A stretch of 64,000 bases of DNA from Acidilobaceae archaeon (GCA_027051095.1 JALUAM010000002.1:14703-78702), one strand, 5' to 3'. Positions 37,719 to 46,134 are shown, counted from the first letter of the stretch. The notes: generated by a model from the sequence alone, not told the origin. Translations and numbers: made by a program.

Positions 37719-38531
37719 ATGGTCGTAGTAGTCAAGGTGGGAGGCAGGGTTCTCGCGTCCAACATTAACGGGGTAGTGTCTAGCATCGCAAGGTTTTCCT
37801 CTAGCGGTGGCAGGGTCATACTTGTCCATGGAGGCGGCGACGAAGTCACGCGGGTGTCTAGGTTAATGGGGATAGAGCCGCGATTCGTTGTATCACCTAG
37901 CGGCGTGAAGAGCAGGTATACGACGTGGGAGGAACTGCAAGTATACTTAATGGTCATGGGGGGGCTTATAAATAAAACCTTAACGGCTAAGTTGCTGGCA
38001 AGCGGCGTGCACGCTATAGGCCTGTCCGGCGTTGACGGCGGAATAGTGAGGGCGGAGAGGAAGAAGAAGATACTTATAATTGACGAGAGAGGGCGGAAAA
38101 GAGTCATAGAGGGGGGCTATACCGGCAGGATAACTTCGGTTGATGTAAGTACTCTTGAGAGGCTTCTCAACGAGTTTGAAGTAATAGTCATGGCTCCTAT
38201 AGCTCTTGGCAGTGACGGTGTCCCGCTCAACGTGGACGGGGACCAGATGGCATCTCGCATAGCCTCGGCGCTTAGAGCCGAGAGGTTAATACTACTAACC
38301 GACGTTGAAGGGGTATATATAGGCGACAGGCTAGTAGAAGAGTTAGATCCCAACGAGGCGGAGTCCCTGGCTCAGAAGGTAGGTCCCGGTATGAACAGGA
38401 AGCTACTCATGGCGGCACAGGCTGTCAAGGACGGCGTGGGCATGGCTGTAATAGCGTCAGGCCTCGTCGACGACCCCCTAGGACAGGCGATGCGGGGGCG
38501 TGGCACTAGGGTAGCCCCGCTTAACACTTAA
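37719..38531 (+). CDS. lysZ: [LysW]-aminoadipate/glutamate kinase
   Basis: VVKVGG, VHGGG, SRYT, NVDGD, GPGMNRKL. Confidence 0.92.
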   Translation: MVVVVKVGGRVLASNINGVVSSIARFSSSGGRVILVHGGGDEVTRVSRLMGIEPRFVVSPSGVKSRYTTWEELQVYLMVMGGLINKTLTAKLLASGVHAIGLSGVDGGIVRAERKKKILIIDERGRKRVIEGGYTGRITSVDVSTLERLLNEFEVIVMAPIALGSDGVPLNVDGDQMASRIASALRAERLILLTDVEGVYIGDRLVEELDPNEAESLAQKVGPGMNRKLLMAAQAVKDGVGMAVIASGLVDDPLGQAMRGRGTRVAPLNT

Positions 38532-38570
38532 TAATCCCCTTCATGCACATGTACAGCGGGTGCCGGAAGA

Positions 38571-38858
38571 GTGCCCAAGAAAAGGGAGAATAGAGGGCGC
38601 AGGAAGGGTGCTAAAGGCAAGACGGGCACCATCCAATGCGATAACTGTGGTAGGGTGGTGCCAGCCGATAAGGCGGTCTGCGTCACAAGGCCCTACAGCC
38701 CTGTAGACCCGCAGCTAGCTCGCGAGCTTGAGAAGAAGGGAGCCATAATAATGAGGTATCCTGTGACCAAGTGCTACTGTATAAGCTGCGCTATACACTA
38801 TGGCATCATAAAGATAAGACCGGAGGAGCAAAGGAAGCCCAAGCAGCTGACAATATAG
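38571..38858 (+). CDS. rps26e: 30S ribosomal protein S26e
   Basis: PKKRENRGR, CDNCGR, YCISCAIH. Confidence 0.95.
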   Translation: MPKKRENRGRRKGAKGKTGTIQCDNCGRVVPADKAVCVTRPYSPVDPQLARELEKKGAIIMRYPVTKCYCISCAIHYGIIKIRPEEQRKPKQLTI

Positions 38859-38902
38859 AGCACACGAACTCCCACCCGGCTTGCTACGGGTGCTCACAGC
38901 TT

Positions 38903-39400
38903 TTGACCGGACCCGTCGAGGTCCTATGGGGCCTTAACTTAATAGCTATGAGGGCCCTCTATGGAGGCTCTGACTTCGTGCTAGCGGGCCCTATGAACTT
39001 ATGGCTTAGAGGCCTCTATAAGGAGGCGAAGCCTTACCTCATACTAGTGTCTAGTAATGTTAGTGCTGGAAGGCTTAGCGAGGTCCTGGGGATAGGCGCG
39101 ACTAGCGTTGAATGGGAGGACTGGTGGATGAGGGTTGAAGGCAGGGTTATGCGGGCGCGGCTGAGAAACATGGATGTAGCGGTTCTAGCGGACCCCTCCT
39201 TCACGGTTAGAGGAAGGAAGATTAAGTATAGGGCTGAGGACCTAGCCAGACGCTCGTCCATAGTGATGCTCGGGGAGAGTTTCATACGCCTAGCGCCCCT
39301 TGACTTCGAGGAAGCGCTCTGGGAGGGGCTTGGAGGTAGGGCGGTTTGGAGCCTGGAGGAGGCGTTAAGAGGAGGACTAGGAGGAGCAGCGAGCAAATAG
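38903..39400 (+). CDS. Hypothetical protein, possible degenerate nucleotidyltransferase fold (start uncertain)
   Basis: DFVLAGPMNLWLRG resembles the NTase hG motif region, but the DxD is absent. Confidence 0.45.
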   Translation: MTGPVEVLWGLNLIAMRALYGGSDFVLAGPMNLWLRGLYKEAKPYLILVSSNVSAGRLSEVLGIGATSVEWEDWWMRVEGRVMRARLRNMDVAVLADPSFTVRGRKIKYRAEDLARRSSIVMLGESFIRLAPLDFEEALWEGLGGRAVWSLEEALRGGLGGAASK

Positions 39401-40014
39401 CAGCTAAACTCCTAGAGGAGATGGGTTTCAATGTTATAGAGTTCAGAAGGCCCGTCATAATAGGCGGCGTCGAGGTCTCGGACATAGACATAGTTGCCGA
39501 GAAAGACGGAGAGTTATACGCTGTAGAGGTTAAGGCGGGGGTTGCGGACGTTTCAGCTGTAAGACAAGCCTACGTTAACTCTAGAATAACGGGCATGAAG
39601 CCTTTAGTAGTGGCTAGGGGTGTTGACGAGAAAGCTCAGGCACTAGCCTCGCGCCTTGGAGTCGAAATAATAAGAACTCCGGACGAGCTGTTAGTATCGA
39701 GCGATGAGCTGAGAATGATAGTCGAGGACGCAGTATACTCTGCCCTAGTGGAGCTAGCTGCAACGCTCGCATGGTGCGGGAAGCTCGGCAGCGAAGAGGT
39801 GAGAATCCTAGAGGCTTTAGCAGCGTCCGAGGACCTAGCCGAAGCCGCGGAGAGGCTGGGAGTCGATGTGAGAGAGCTTGCTTCCACTGTGTCTAAGCTC
39901 AGGGAGAGAGGTGTTCTCCCGCCTCTACACGGCTACAAACCGTTGAAGGTAGCGTCACTATTATTAAGTTTATGCGGTAGAATAATGCCTAAAGCCGATG
40001 TACCCCGCCCCTGA
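39346..40014 (+). CDS. PD-(D/E)XK nuclease-domain protein with C-terminal HTH
   Basis: SEQIAAKLL, DIDIVAEK, VEVKAG, Q...Y; EAAERLGV HTH. Confidence 0.75.
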   Translation: MEPGGGVKRRTRRSSEQIAAKLLEEMGFNVIEFRRPVIIGGVEVSDIDIVAEKDGELYAVEVKAGVADVSAVRQAYVNSRITGMKPLVVARGVDEKAQALASRLGVEIIRTPDELLVSSDELRMIVEDAVYSALVELAATLAWCGKLGSEEVRILEALAASEDLAEAAERLGVDVRELASTVSKLRERGVLPPLHGYKPLKVASLLLSLCGRIMPKADVPRP

Positions 40015-40074
40015 CACCCGCGTTCATCCAACCCAGGGCTACTGGGCTGTCACGCGGGCTCTTGCAGCGGGGCC
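39996..40074 (-). ncRNA. Single-hairpin H/ACA pseudouridylation guide RNA with k-turn
   Basis: Lower stem GCCCCGC/GCGGGGU then ACA; 8x8-nt pocket; upper stem CCCGCGU/ACGCGGG; k-turn GUGA...GAUGA; apical stem CAGCCCAG/CUGGGUUG; 14-15 nt from pocket top to ACA. Confidence 0.85.
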
Positions 40075-40094
40075 ATATTACATAATATTAGAGT

Positions 40095-40283
40095 TTAGAC
40101 TTTTATCCCCCGCTTCCGCGCCTCTTCTCTCAGATGTTCTAGAACCCAGTAAGGGTCTCCTTCATACCTATCCTCTAGCTCCTCTAAGACGTCCATCCAC
40201 CTGGGCCCGTATAACGCCTTAGCAAGCCTAACGGTCTCGTCGAGTATCTTCCTCGCCTCCTCAATGCTATCCTTCCCAGTCAT
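40095..40283 (-). CDS. Small hypothetical helical protein
   Basis: 62 aa from ATG with GAGGTG upstream; amphipathic E/K/R-rich. Confidence 0.65.
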   Translation of the reverse strand: MTGKDSIEEARKILDETVRLAKALYGPRWMDVLEELEDRYEGDPYWVLEHLREEARKRGIKV

Positions 40284-40362
40284 ATAAAGCACCTCTAAGC
40301 CCGGCTAGCCCCCATGAGACACCATTACTCCTACAGGTATAGTTATTATTGTTTAGTTTGCT

Positions 40363-41076
40363 TTAATGGCTGTCTGCGCCCTCGACCCTGATTACTATAG
40401 ACTTTCGGCTTCTCGGTCTGCCGCTTGACGAGAGGCCTACCAGCTCATGTTCTATGCTGCTGATGCTCTTCACTTTGGCAAGCCTTGAAAGCATTTTGAG
40501 GAATCTAGACGCAGCGCCTCTATGAGTAAAATACACATCTACGCCTTCACCGCTCTCGACAACTTCAACTAGGCTGCTCCACTCGCCTAGCTTTTCCAAG
40601 GCCTTCTCTACCAGCTTTACTAGGTCGCCCTCGCCCCTAACCTGAACTAGCGTGTCGTATTCTCCACTCCTCCTGATAGTGCAAGTCGGGCATATGGAGG
40701 GCTTCAGGGAAACCGTTATAAGTACTTCTTGAGAGAGTTTAGCGCTCCCAACCCTACCTTCAATCTTAAGCCGTACCCTCGTCCTCCAGTCAGGAATAGT
40801 TTCGAACTGTAAGCCGGAGATTCTGGCATCCTCTATAGGAGGCAAAGGCTTTAACTGCATGGATTCAACGACGATCCTAACTGCATCGTCGAATCCTCTT
40901 GCTTGCAGCCATCTACCCTTAACTCTGACAGAGCCGCAGATGCGACACAGCTCTGCTGAGATGCTCTGAGGCAGCCCTCTCACGAGAGGCTTCCTCGAAG
41001 AGAAGCAGTCGGGACATAGGCCCTCTACGAATAGCTCTGAGGTCCTACCGCAGCCCGGGCATATGCGAGGCCTCAA
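40363..41076 (-). CDS. nmd3: NMD3-family ribosome biogenesis protein
   Basis: CPGCG, CPDC, CRICG, CPTC, VQVR. Confidence 0.88.
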   Translation of the reverse strand: MRPRICPGCGRTSELFVEGLCPDCFSSRKPLVRGLPQSISAELCRICGSVRVKGRWLQARGFDDAVRIVVESMQLKPLPPIEDARISGLQFETIPDWRTRVRLKIEGRVGSAKLSQEVLITVSLKPSICPTCTIRRSGEYDTLVQVRGEGDLVKLVEKALEKLGEWSSLVEVVESGEGVDVYFTHRGAASRFLKMLSRLAKVKSISSIEHELVGLSSSGRPRSRKSIVIRVEGADSH

Positions 41077-41201
41077 AGGCTGCTAGCCCCCGCTCCACCT
41101 GTGCTACAAGCAATGCTTCCAAGCTTAAAGCGTAGGGCTTCCCGCGGGCATAGGGGAAATAACGCCGAGAATAGTCGGTGGGAAGGAGGTAGTTAGAGTC
41201 C

Positions 41202-41720
41202 ATGGAGCCTAGAGGCTCCCCGGTTTATAAAGTGCTGGCCGATAATGGGTATACGTTGCAGTCGTGTATTAACAACGCAGTCTGCGTAATGCAAGGGCAT
41301 GGCGGGCTCTGCGCGAGAATCGGGGTGCAGGTTGACTGGCCTATGATACCAGCGGCTTTCCAGTCGGGCCGCGCCCGTGTAAGGCTAGAATATAAGGGTG
41401 ACGCTGCGGTCAGGGCGCCGGACACGCTGGAGTATATAGGCAGGGCTAGAATCGAGAGAGGGTTAGCTGTGCTCGAGGAAGACTCGCTTAGGGGGGCCAT
41501 GCCTACATGGGTGTTAGTCGATTTTAAGGGGCCGCCAGCGGAGCTAGAGAGGACCGCAGAGAGAATCGTGGAGCTGGGGGCCCGCTTGGTCTACCTAATA
41601 AGGCTTGCCACGATGAAGATGTATGCACTCAGGGAAGCCAGGCGGCTAGCACTCCCCGTGGTGGGTATTAACACGTTTAAAAACGTAGATGACGCATGCA
41701 GGGCCTCTCGGGCGGCCTAG
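41202..41720 (+). CDS. Hypothetical protein, possible degenerate phosphoribosyltransferase fold
   Basis: WVLVDFKGPPAELERTAERIVELGARLV resembles VLIVDD..TG.T......GA..V. Confidence 0.5.
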   Translation: MEPRGSPVYKVLADNGYTLQSCINNAVCVMQGHGGLCARIGVQVDWPMIPAAFQSGRARVRLEYKGDAAVRAPDTLEYIGRARIERGLAVLEEDSLRGAMPTWVLVDFKGPPAELERTAERIVELGARLVYLIRLATMKMYALREARRLALPVVGINTFKNVDDACRASRAA

Positions 41721-43157
41721 TCAATGATAGTTGCTTTTCAGAACGTTGACTACTCTCTCAGCCTCAGCCTTAGCCCTCTTGTAAAGCTGATCAGTTATAA
41801 GACCCTCATGGTAGGCTTTCTCGAGCTGCTCAGCATCTACTATCTCGGGCTCCGAGCCGGGCCTCTTCACAACGTCTATGTAGAGGTCTAGGTATTTAAT
41901 GCCGCTTGAGCCTACCTCCGGCGGAGTATTAATGTTAGCGTAGACTCCTAGAAGCTCGCCGGAGGCAGAATAGTACTCGTGTATGACGTACCACTTGCTC
42001 GTATCGATCCTTGTTACGCCTCTATCGCCGGGCCTCTTCTCCACTCCGAGGGCGTCGTAGGTTCCGTAGCTCTTGAACGTTCTCTCTAGAGTTATGTTTA
42101 GCTCTCCCGGTTCCTGACCCCTCGCTATGCTAGCCACATGGAAGGGGCCTATGGAGATCACTTTCCTGCGAGGGGTCACGTGCCGTATGTACACCTTCTT
42201 CGCCTCCGCGAGCCTGCCAGCTATAAACTCTACGACTAGGTCGCCAGCCTCCGGCCCCCACAAGCCCCTCTTTAAGCCCTCCTCGGCGAAGTCCACTAGT
42301 GTCGACTCTATGTCGCCCCCCCATGACTTGACTTCATGGTGTCTGTTGACTGTGGGGTAAAGGCTGCCTCTCAGCTTGTCCATGACCCTTTTAGCAGTCT
42401 TAGGCAGCACTATTATCGATATGTATTTGCCTCTTTCGACGAGGGCTGGCTGGCCAGAAGGCTTCTCCTCCGCTAGCTTAACAGCTCTCTCGAAGAGCCT
42501 TCTAGCCTCCTCGGCTACCTCCAGCGGCGATGCCAGGCTAGCGCCGCTCCTAAACCTAACGTGGGCCCTGGACAGGTCGACCCTGCCTTCCAGGGCGGAG
42601 ATCAGTGAAGGCCTGAGCTCGTCCCTTACGAATTTGCTGAAGCTTACACCGCTACCGGGCACGGATACTCTAACAGTGAGGCCTACAAGTTCAACGCCAG
42701 GTTTAACGACGATCCTCTCCCCCTCTCTCAGCGAGTCCTTGACTACAGTAGCCCTCAAGACCTCCCCCTCACCAGGGCACACGCCGCCTTGCTGGACCTC
42801 TACTAATATTCCGGAGGGAGCTTCTGCTAGACAAGACCCCTTGCTGACGACGTCGACGACGCTGTGCAGACCCAGCTTACCTCGAACAACAGCAGCATCC
42901 TCCACCTCGCTTAAGATCGCCTTCTCCGCCTCGACTCCCGCCTCCCAGGGATATGCTATAATTAGTAGCTCGTCGAGGCTTTCATCGCTCGTCTTCACAG
43001 TTATGTGGGGGGGCCTGTCAGATACAGGTACATCTATCCTGCTTCTAAGAACCTTGCTTAAATCAGATAGTAGGAAGCCATGCTTCAAGAGGAGGGCGGC
43101 CAACGCCGTAGCATATATACCCCTTATACGGGCGAAATACACCAATCCATAGTTCAC
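41721..43157 (-). CDS. RNA-binding protein AU-1 / FAU-1 (DUF402)
   Basis: RIRGIYATAL, HHEVK, YANINTPPE, YLDLYIDVV. Confidence 0.9.
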   Translation of the reverse strand: MNYGLVYFARIRGIYATALAALLLKHGFLLSDLSKVLRSRIDVPVSDRPPHITVKTSDESLDELLIIAYPWEAGVEAEKAILSEVEDAAVVRGKLGLHSVVDVVSKGSCLAEAPSGILVEVQQGGVCPGEGEVLRATVVKDSLREGERIVVKPGVELVGLTVRVSVPGSGVSFSKFVRDELRPSLISALEGRVDLSRAHVRFRSGASLASPLEVAEEARRLFERAVKLAEEKPSGQPALVERGKYISIIVLPKTAKRVMDKLRGSLYPTVNRHHEVKSWGGDIESTLVDFAEEGLKRGLWGPEAGDLVVEFIAGRLAEAKKVYIRHVTPRRKVISIGPFHVASIARGQEPGELNITLERTFKSYGTYDALGVEKRPGDRGVTRIDTSKWYVIHEYYSASGELLGVYANINTPPEVGSSGIKYLDLYIDVVKRPGSEPEIVDAEQLEKAYHEGLITDQLYKRAKAEAERVVNVLKSNYH

Positions 43158-43159
43158 CG

Positions 43160-43435
43160 TTAATCCTTTACGGTCTCAAGTATAGTTATTACCTGCCAGA
43201 TCCTTGTTCTAGCGTAGAACGGCATGTTAGGGTCCTGGCTTACCTCGTCGAGCACGCTTATAGCGTTGGCTGCGCGCACAGCCGGGCTTAGCCTCACGTC
43301 TCGCAGATGAGTTAGAGCGTTAGCCGCCGCCCTCCTAATGTTACGCGGTACACCCGTATCGTTGATAATAGTTATGAGTATGCTCATCGCGAGTTTAATC
43401 TTACCCTCGTTATCGGAGGGTAGCTTCATAGCCAT
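43160..43435 (-). CDS. UPF0147 family protein
   Basis: [25 protein letters not shown]. Confidence 0.92.
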   Translation of the reverse strand: MAMKLPSDNEGKIKLAMSILITIINDTGVPRNIRRAAANALTHLRDVRLSPAVRAANAISVLDEVSQDPNMPFYARTRIWQVITILETVKD

Positions 43436-43704
43436 GGCATACCGCCCTCCTCCCCTCTCGCATTCTACTAAGTTAGCGGGAATGAAGTTTAACCGCTAGC
43501 TTTAGAGAAATCAGGTTTGCAGGGAAAAGAGATAGCGGTCAGACGAACAGATAAGCTTGCAATCAAGATGTAAAATTATCCGGAAGCGATATAATAGCGT
43601 GTTTACCTGCTTTCCGGGTTTAAGTAAACCACTATCCGGAGAAGCTAACCCTTAAATCTTTCAGCCGCTGTATAGAGCCTCGGAGGACCGAGCGGGGGTA
43701 TTCG

Positions 43705-44682
43705 ATGGCTAAACGCACTGTAGGGTTGCTCTCAGACTTCGGGGAGGGCCCCTACGCGGGGATAATGAGAGCGGTCATAAGGAGCGTAGGGGGCGACGAC
43801 ATAGATATAATAGATATCGACCACTCCATACCGAGTTTTAGCATAATTTCTGGAGCCTACGTTTTAGCCCATAGCTATTATTGGCTGCCTAGGGGTAGCG
43901 TTATAGTGGCTGTTGTCGACCCCGGAGTCGGCTCTTCGAGGCTCGCGCTGGCCATAAAAACGAAGAATTACGTGTTCATAGGCCCCGACAACGGCATACT
44001 CTTCCCGGCGGCCCAGAAGGATGGCATAGTAAAGGTGTATAAGCTAGACGAGAAGAAGGTAGTTCAGAGGGCAAAGCTGAGGATGAGAGGCGTTCTGCCG
44101 GGCGGCAAATGGGTTATAAGTAAGACGTTCCATGGTAGGGACGTGTTTGCGCCAGCCGCCGCCTTAATTGCCTCGGAGGCCGTCGACTTAGATGAGATAG
44201 GGGAGGAGATAGAGGCCAGCGATGTAAGGAAGGTGAGCATCGACTATATTGAGCGGGTTAACGGGAGCAACGAGACCATTAGAGTCCAAGTGGTGTATGT
44301 AGACAAATTCGGTAATGTGGCGTTAAGCGCTAAAGCTGAGAAGCTTCCCTGGAGCACAAGGCTCATGGGGGAGAAGAACGCAGTCATAATAATAGGTAAT
44401 AGCGGCTATGAAGGTGAGGAGAAGCAAAGGACTAGGGTCGCCAGGTTCGTGTCCACGTTCTCCGAGGGCAAGCCTCACGAGCTCATAGCTTACTTTAACA
44501 GCTTCGGCCACCTCGAAATAGCGATTAATAAGGGTAATGCTGCTAAGGAGCTAGGACTCCACCCGGAAATGAAGCTCACGCTGACCCTAGGGTTCCTCCA
44601 TTACCATCACAAGCATTACAATAGCCATGAAAGGCAGGGCAAGAGGGGCAATAATGACTTAGCCTACACCGCACTTCCCTAG
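43705..44682 (+). CDS. SAM hydroxide adenosyltransferase (DUF62, chlorinase/fluorinase family)
   Basis: LSDFG, VVDPGVG, GPDNG, TFHGRDVF, DKFGN, LEIAIN.G.AA. Confidence 0.9.
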   Translation: MAKRTVGLLSDFGEGPYAGIMRAVIRSVGGDDIDIIDIDHSIPSFSIISGAYVLAHSYYWLPRGSVIVAVVDPGVGSSRLALAIKTKNYVFIGPDNGILFPAAQKDGIVKVYKLDEKKVVQRAKLRMRGVLPGGKWVISKTFHGRDVFAPAAALIASEAVDLDEIGEEIEASDVRKVSIDYIERVNGSNETIRVQVVYVDKFGNVALSAKAEKLPWSTRLMGEKNAVIIIGNSGYEGEEKQRTRVARFVSTFSEGKPHELIAYFNSFGHLEIAINKGNAAKELGLHPEMKLTLTLGFLHYHHKHYNSHERQGKRGNNDLAYTALP

Positions 44683-44712
44683 CACTTAAAAAGTCATAAG
44701 CGATTACACGTT

Positions 44713-45183
44713 TTAGCTTAAGATTTCATAAGGCAGGTCGCCGAAGAACCGCTTAACCTTGTCGTATACATCGCATTCTATTATAACATCGTCACCCTCC
44801 ACAACAACTCTGAGCCCTTCAAGCTCTATCTTAGGCGGCTCGGGAACGCCGCTAGGCTTAAAGCGCCCCGCATACACTAGCCTACGCTTGCCGCCCTTAG
44901 ATATTATTTTCCACCAATATCTACCATAATACTCGTAGATTCTGGTCTCGCCTTGAGCCCTCTTATAATATACTTTGTGGACGGGCTTCAGGTAGTAGCC
45001 GGTATGTCTTATAGCCGAGTTGTACTCGTATATCAAGGGTTTTATGGTGTCCAGCCATTCCCTGAGGCGGGCATAGCCTCCATAGACTCTTATCATGCAC
45101 TCCTCGCGGGGCGGAGGCTCATTCGGCTCTTCCCTCTCATTGCCCCTGCAGGCGGGGCTCTGCTCGTCGCAGGCGCTCTTCAC
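44713..45183 (-). CDS. Hypothetical basic/aromatic beta-hairpin protein
   Basis: YYLKPVHKVY..YEYYGRYWWK..LVYAG; GGAGG RBS. Confidence 0.65.
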   Translation of the reverse strand: MKSACDEQSPACRGNEREEPNEPPPREECMIRVYGGYARLREWLDTIKPLIYEYNSAIRHTGYYLKPVHKVYYKRAQGETRIYEYYGRYWWKIISKGGKRRLVYAGRFKPSGVPEPPKIELEGLRVVVEGDDVIIECDVYDKVKRFFGDLPYEILS

Positions 45184-45327
45184 AGCCTCCGCCCCTTAAT
45201 TGATGGTTATCGATTGGCCGGCGACCTTATAGGGTGAGGCGTCGGCTAGATAGTATGGATCCCGATGAGGAGTATGGCGGAGTAATGAGCCCCTGCGGGG
45301 AGGGTTATGATTGGCAGGCCGGCTCCC

Positions 45328-46134
45328 CTATCCGAGGGGGGCCAGGTGACGCGGTTTTTCGTTGCACGATTCCCGGCGTGACCCCTTAGGGGGGCTCCAC
45401 TTGGGAGCGATATACTTATCTATACAGAGCCTATGGGCTCTATCGATTACGCCGCCAGCGTCATAAGCGAACTCGGCCTCCCCAGCGCTCAATACTGTTG
45501 CAAGGGCCTTTAGGGCCCTATTCATCGTTATTGAGGGGTCTATGCTTGATAGGTTTGCAGGGTTATACTTGGCAGGTGTGACCTCGCCCCTTTCAACCCT
45601 GTCCCAGCGTGGTATGAGAAGCCGCCTTAGCAGCGCTATGTCGGAGTCTACTAGAAGTGTTGCGTGGGCTAGCGTAGCCCGAGCCTTAACCGCTAGGCTT
45701 GATCCGGAAACCTTCCACCTGCCAACTACGACATCGTTAATATTCTCTATGTGAGCTTTCACTCCGAGCAGCCGTAGAGCATCCATGATAATACCCGTTA
45801 TTATCTTATATCCTTCGTCGACGCTCAATCTTTCCGGAATGACGAGCGTCACGTTGATATTACCGTAGTCGTGGTATACCGCGCCGCCGCCGCTGACACG
45901 CCTAACTATTGGTACTCCAAGCCTCTCAGCTTCATTGCATCTAACTTCCTCGCAGGGCTCAAGATTATATCCTATTACAACGCTTTTAGGGTTTATCCAT
46001 ATCCTGCCTAAAATTATGTCCGAACTCATAGAATACTCTAACATTGCTTCCTCAAACGCTAAGTTGAATTGAGGGCTACCTCCTACATGTGAAATTACCT
46101 TCTCCGGCCTCAGCCGCTGCGGCAAGCCTGCCAA
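45328..46134 (-). CDS. lplA: Lipoate/octanoate-protein ligase catalytic domain (LplA/LipM family)
   Basis: NLAFEEA, VVIG, RRVSGGGAVYHD, ND...KVSGS, HATLL. Confidence 0.88.
   Translation of the reverse strand: MAGLPQRLRPEKVISHVGGSPQFNLAFEEAMLEYSMSSDIILGRIWINPKSVVIGYNLEPCEEVRCNEAERLGVPIVRRVSGGGAVYHDYGNINVTLVIPERLSVDEGYKIITGIIMDALRLLGVKAHIENINDVVVGRWKVSGSSLAVKARATLAHATLLVDSDIALLRRLLIPRWDRVERGEVTPAKYNPANLSSIDPSITMNRALKALATVLSAGEAEFAYDAGGVIDRAHRLCIDKYIAPKWSPPKGSRRESCNEKPRHLAPLG

Noticed and set aside
42376-43152. 258-aa plus-strand ORF and many similar Ser/Thr/Leu-rich ORFs
   Set aside because: Antisense shadows of well-supported genes (here FAU-1)
43510-43535. ORB-like GTTTGCAGGGAAA as a replication origin
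   Set aside because: Single poor match, no G-string, no inverted partner or clear DUE, and no adjacent initiator gene
45255-45300. Fluoride riboswitch (GATGAG...TAATGAGCCCCTGC resemblance)
   Set aside because: No P1 stem or pseudoknot pairing and no crcB/eriC-type gene downstream
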